Below are positions 17,220-20,000 of a stretch of 20,000 bases of DNA, piece by piece. The translations under genes and the position numbers were made by a program. Origin of the DNA: an uncultured virus (IMG/VR IMGVR_UViG_3300034190_003093) (lineage: Duplodnaviria > Heunggongvirae > Uroviricota > Caudoviricetes); the IMG/VR virus record IMGVR_UViG_3300034190_003093, positions 117,543 through 137,542 of that record, one strand, 5' to 3'. Position 1 is the first letter of the stretch; each line of letters starts with the position of its first letter. The notes under the pieces were generated by a model. That model saw only the letters and a program-made list of their open reading frames with translations, had not been told where the DNA came from and did no database searches.

Positions 17220-18418
17220 GCAGGACCTCCATATTCAATTGCATCAGCAAGTTCTTTATGGTGATCACGCAAGTCTTGATTTCTACGCCAATCTACATCT
17301 TTTACTTTCATGCGTAATATGTTACCGTCTAGGCTGACTCCACTGTTAATAAAGTCAATAATATTATTGAATTCTTTTTTATGAAATTCAGTTACATCAG
17401 CATTTTGCAAACGTTTAATTGCTATCTGTTTTGCTGCTTCGGGCAATGTTCCTACACTGTGGTAGTATGCTTCGTGCAACATGTTCCAGTATACAAACTC
17501 AAAGGATCTAGTATCAATCCAATTGGCCAGACCTTCGAGATACATTACATTAAACACATTAACAGTTGCGCAACACTGCAACTGTATGTTGTCTAGTTTA
17601 TCTCGTAGCTGTTCAAAGCGATCCATATTATGGTTAACCAGTTGCCACTCGGCGTTAGCACGTTGGTATTCGAATCGTTCGCCAACATCGTCAATACTAA
17701 ATGCAATTTCTATTAGCTTAAAGTGTTTCCATATATCTTCAGCATGCTCTGGATAGTGAGTACCATTGGTATTATAATGTATTTCAATGTTGCCTGCAAT
17801 GCCTGCGTCTATGCAACGCTGCAACAAGGCAAAGTGTTCTTGTATCATGAATGGTTCGCCACCTGTAAATTCTAAGTAACGAATTTGGTCCATCATTGGA
17901 TCAATTTGGTCCCAAAACTTTTGGTTCTTTCTAGGCCAGGCGCCTTTTTGCAGCATTTCGTAATGAAAGCTGTCTTTACCCTCAAACTTGATTTCTTCAG
18001 TAGCAAACGTGCTACTACTCCAGCTTCCGCAAATACGACATTTAAGGTTACAAATATTGCCTAGTTTAAAATCAATAAACACAAGAGGTTTAGCATCTTT
18101 GCTCCATTCTGTGTCTGTAACAATATGTTTAAGTCGATTTAATGTGTGCATGCGCTTGCTGGTGCGACCACTGCGTTCTTCATTCCAGCATTTTCTGCAT
18201 GTCTGCGGCTTCTTTGCATCCAGAAAGTCTTGTCGCAAATTGTTCATATAGTCACTGTGGTGTATTTCATTTAGTGTGCTGTTGTTGAGATCAAACTTAA
18301 CGCCATCAGCATCTTTGATTTCATCTTCGGCTAAACAACAAGGACGAGCAGTGCCAATCGGTGATGTTTCGATGCTTACCCAAGGCAGCACACAGAATTT
18401 ATCGTGCGGTAATTTCAT
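17216..18418 (-). CDS. Radical SAM protein with N-terminal twitch/SPASM-like Cys domain
   Basis: CNLKCRIC, FTGGEP, YNTNGT and FSIDD. N-terminal CVLPW..RPCC..CRKC. Confidence 0.92.
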   Translation of the reverse strand: MKLPHDKFCVLPWVSIETSPIGTARPCCLAEDEIKDADGVKFDLNNSTLNEIHHSDYMNNLRQDFLDAKKPQTCRKCWNEERSGRTSKRMHTLNRLKHIVTDTEWSKDAKPLVFIDFKLGNICNLKCRICGSWSSSTFATEEIKFEGKDSFHYEMLQKGAWPRKNQKFWDQIDPMMDQIRYLEFTGGEPFMIQEHFALLQRCIDAGIAGNIEIHYNTNGTHYPEHAEDIWKHFKLIEIAFSIDDVGERFEYQRANAEWQLVNHNMDRFEQLRDKLDNIQLQCCATVNVFNVMYLEGLANWIDTRSFEFVYWNMLHEAYYHSVGTLPEAAKQIAIKRLQNADVTEFHKKEFNNIIDFINSGVSLDGNILRMKVKDVDWRRNQDLRDHHKELADAIEYGGPA

Positions 18419-19794
18419 AAATCATACTTTCTAAATTCGTCAATTAACCATGGAAATGTTTTACGCCAATTTGTTTTACGTCTTAAATCCATTTTGTTAA
18501 GGTGATTAAATAGCTCTCTAATCTCAAACACGTTTGGTTCATTGTTTTTACTTTGTTTTGCAATGCCTAGCAAATAGTTTTTACTTGAAATTTCTTCGGG
18601 CGTTCTTTCTGGTTTCAGGGTTAATGCTTTGTCAAAGTCGTCTGAAAAGATATCTCCAAATATATCAATAAACATGAATTCTGGGCTATTTACGCTGTTT
18701 TGATAATGATAAACAGTGCGTACTTTGTTCCATTCTTGTATCTTGTTTAACAAGTCCGGCAATGTTTTCACAGTTAACGGAGTAACAGTTGAACTAATAA
18801 TAAGATTAATCCAATTACACCCTAGTAGATATTCAAAATTTGTTTCCCATGTTGTTAAATTTAAGGGAAAACGCACATACTCTTGTTGTGGTCCCCAGCA
18901 ATCAAGGCTAGCAGTTACTTCAAATTCTCTGAGGCACCCTGTATCTATTAGATGTTTAACACGTTTTGTTACTTTTTTTACATAATCAAGTTTTGCATTT
19001 AGATTTGTAAAGATTTGTAGTTTTAATTCTGGCGCAGGGTATGCTTCAAACAAATCTAAGCATTCTTCCAATTCACGTTGATATAACGGTTCGCCGCCTA
19101 GTATATTAAAGTTGGTCAAGTACTGTCCGTTTACTTTTAACCAATCAAATAGCTTTTGTTTATTAGATTGCAAATTTGGATCTTTGGCAAGAGCCGGAAC
19201 ACCAAATTTAACATTTTCAGCATCCCATAGACTGCTAAATCTTGGACCACAATACAAGCATTTGAGGTTACAAGTATTGTCAAAATATATTTCAAGTATT
19301 CTTGGTGTTACTTGTGTTGCAATGGGGTTGTCAGCTAGTTCAACTGGAGCATGCTGCCCAGGAAAGTCCAAGTTGGTAATCCTGTCGCTTTGGCCGCCTG
19401 CTTTTTCAATATTAATACAATAGTCACAACCTACTTTTGGCCATTTACCTTGCAGCATTTGTTTGCGATCATCAACCTTACTTGGCGTATTATGAAAATC
19501 AAACTTGTCAGTGTCAAACTTATGATGATTGGTTCTATGACAACTAGCAGTTTCGCCGGTGGTTAGAAATACTGTACTCCAATTCCATTTAAGCTGACAT
19601 GCAGTCGGTGTGTTAATTGGAAATGGCTTGTTAACGAGTTTGCTTGTGTGTTTAAACTGCCCAATGTTATATCCGTATACATCAATGCATTCATCTTGTA
19701 CGTGCTGGGGGAGAGACGGAAAGTCCGATTCTTGCTCGCAAACAGGCCAGCTTGGGTCTTTTATATCATTATAAAATTCTATCCAAGTGCTCAT
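18415..19794 (-). CDS. Radical SAM protein with N-terminal twitch-like domain and an extra N-terminal module
   Basis: CNLKCLYC, LGGEP, FTN and SLD. N-terminal CQLKW..ASCH..CDYC, preceded by an extension starting WIEFYNDIKDPSWPVC. Confidence 0.9.
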   Translation of the reverse strand: MSTWIEFYNDIKDPSWPVCEQESDFPSLPQHVQDECIDVYGYNIGQFKHTSKLVNKPFPINTPTACQLKWNWSTVFLTTGETASCHRTNHHKFDTDKFDFHNTPSKVDDRKQMLQGKWPKVGCDYCINIEKAGGQSDRITNLDFPGQHAPVELADNPIATQVTPRILEIYFDNTCNLKCLYCGPRFSSLWDAENVKFGVPALAKDPNLQSNKQKLFDWLKVNGQYLTNFNILGGEPLYQRELEECLDLFEAYPAPELKLQIFTNLNAKLDYVKKVTKRVKHLIDTGCLREFEVTASLDCWGPQQEYVRFPLNLTTWETNFEYLLGCNWINLIISSTVTPLTVKTLPDLLNKIQEWNKVRTVYHYQNSVNSPEFMFIDIFGDIFSDDFDKALTLKPERTPEEISSKNYLLGIAKQSKNNEPNVFEIRELFNHLNKMDLRRKTNWRKTFPWLIDEFRKYDL

Positions 19795-20000
19795 TTCAGT
19801 GATGCCAACTCGGGTATTGCATCCAGTACATTTTCTTTTCGTATACCGTCAAGTTGATTGGTTTTTTGCCAGAACTTGCTAATCAGACGAGTGTTGTCTG
19901 TACTATCCATATACTGTAGTGCACTTTCAAATCCCACTGTAGCCCTGTTTAACTGATCCAATGGACGCAACCATTCTAAGTGTGCTTCGTACTTTTCTTT
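19791..20000 (-). CDS. C-terminal 69 aa of a gene running off the window, probably another radical SAM paralog
   Basis: Hand translation: KEKYEAHLEWLRPLDQLNRATVGFESALQYMDSTDNTRLISKFWQKTNQLDGIRKENVLDAIPELASLK*. The tail LDGIRKE..PEL matches the paralog tails MDLRRKT..PWL and VDWRRNQ..KEL. ATGA overlap with the next gene. Confidence 0.7.
   Translation of the reverse strand, partial: KEKYEAHLEWLRPLDQLNRATVGFESALQYMDSTDNTRLISKFWQKTNQLDGIRKENVLDAIPELASLK

Noticed and set aside
75..19857. Numerous 60-183 aa alternative-frame and antisense ORFs (e.g. 254-706, 12619-13128, 14941-15492)
   Set aside because: They lie within or across well-supported genes, have no recognisable motifs, and are expected shadow ORFs.
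13743..20000. Classical RiPP cluster (rSAM/SPASM plus precursor peptide)
   Set aside because: No RRE/PqqD domain, peptidase or transporter was recognised, the peptide lacks a typical leader, and the context is sugar chemistry. Kept only as a minor alternative.
1..20000. tRNA, CRISPR array, intron/intein, transposase or stop-codon recoding
   Set aside because: There is no non-coding space or visible repeat array, genes have family-typical lengths, and TAA, TAG and TGA all end genes at sensible positions under the standard code.

Overview
Very gene-dense, AT-rich window. By my reading only 41 nt (668-708) are non-coding, and almost every junction is an ATGA/TAATG or short overlap. The phage-type thyX, the compaction and the gene mix suggest a large (jumbo/myovirus-like) bacteriophage. 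This is inference, since no virion or replication hallmark gene is in the window. The left half carries thyX, an NDP-sugar epimerase/dehydratase, a DegT-type aminotransferase, a Gfo/Idh/MocA dehydrogenase, a repeat-built GT-like protein on the opposite strand, two paralogous GT10-like proteins and an amidinotransferase. The right half is a gap-free 14-gene minus-strand chain. It holds three complete radical SAM enzymes with an N-terminal twitch-like Cys domain plus the tail of a probable fourth, MTA/SAH nucleosidase, a TagD-like cytidylyltransferase, a His/Glu-motif unknown protein, an unannotated 40-aa basic peptide, metK, kdsA, kdsB, an O-carbamoyltransferase, an FkbM methyltransferase and a SufT/DUF59 Fe-S factor. 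The best candidate for a new system is a self-supplying radical SAM array (own SAM synthesis, inhibitor removal and Fe-S maturation) coupled to antibiotic-like sugar tailoring (amino to guanidino, carbamoyl, methyl, Kdo). It probably builds an unknown glycan or modification. No tRNA, rRNA, CRISPR array or mobile element was seen.
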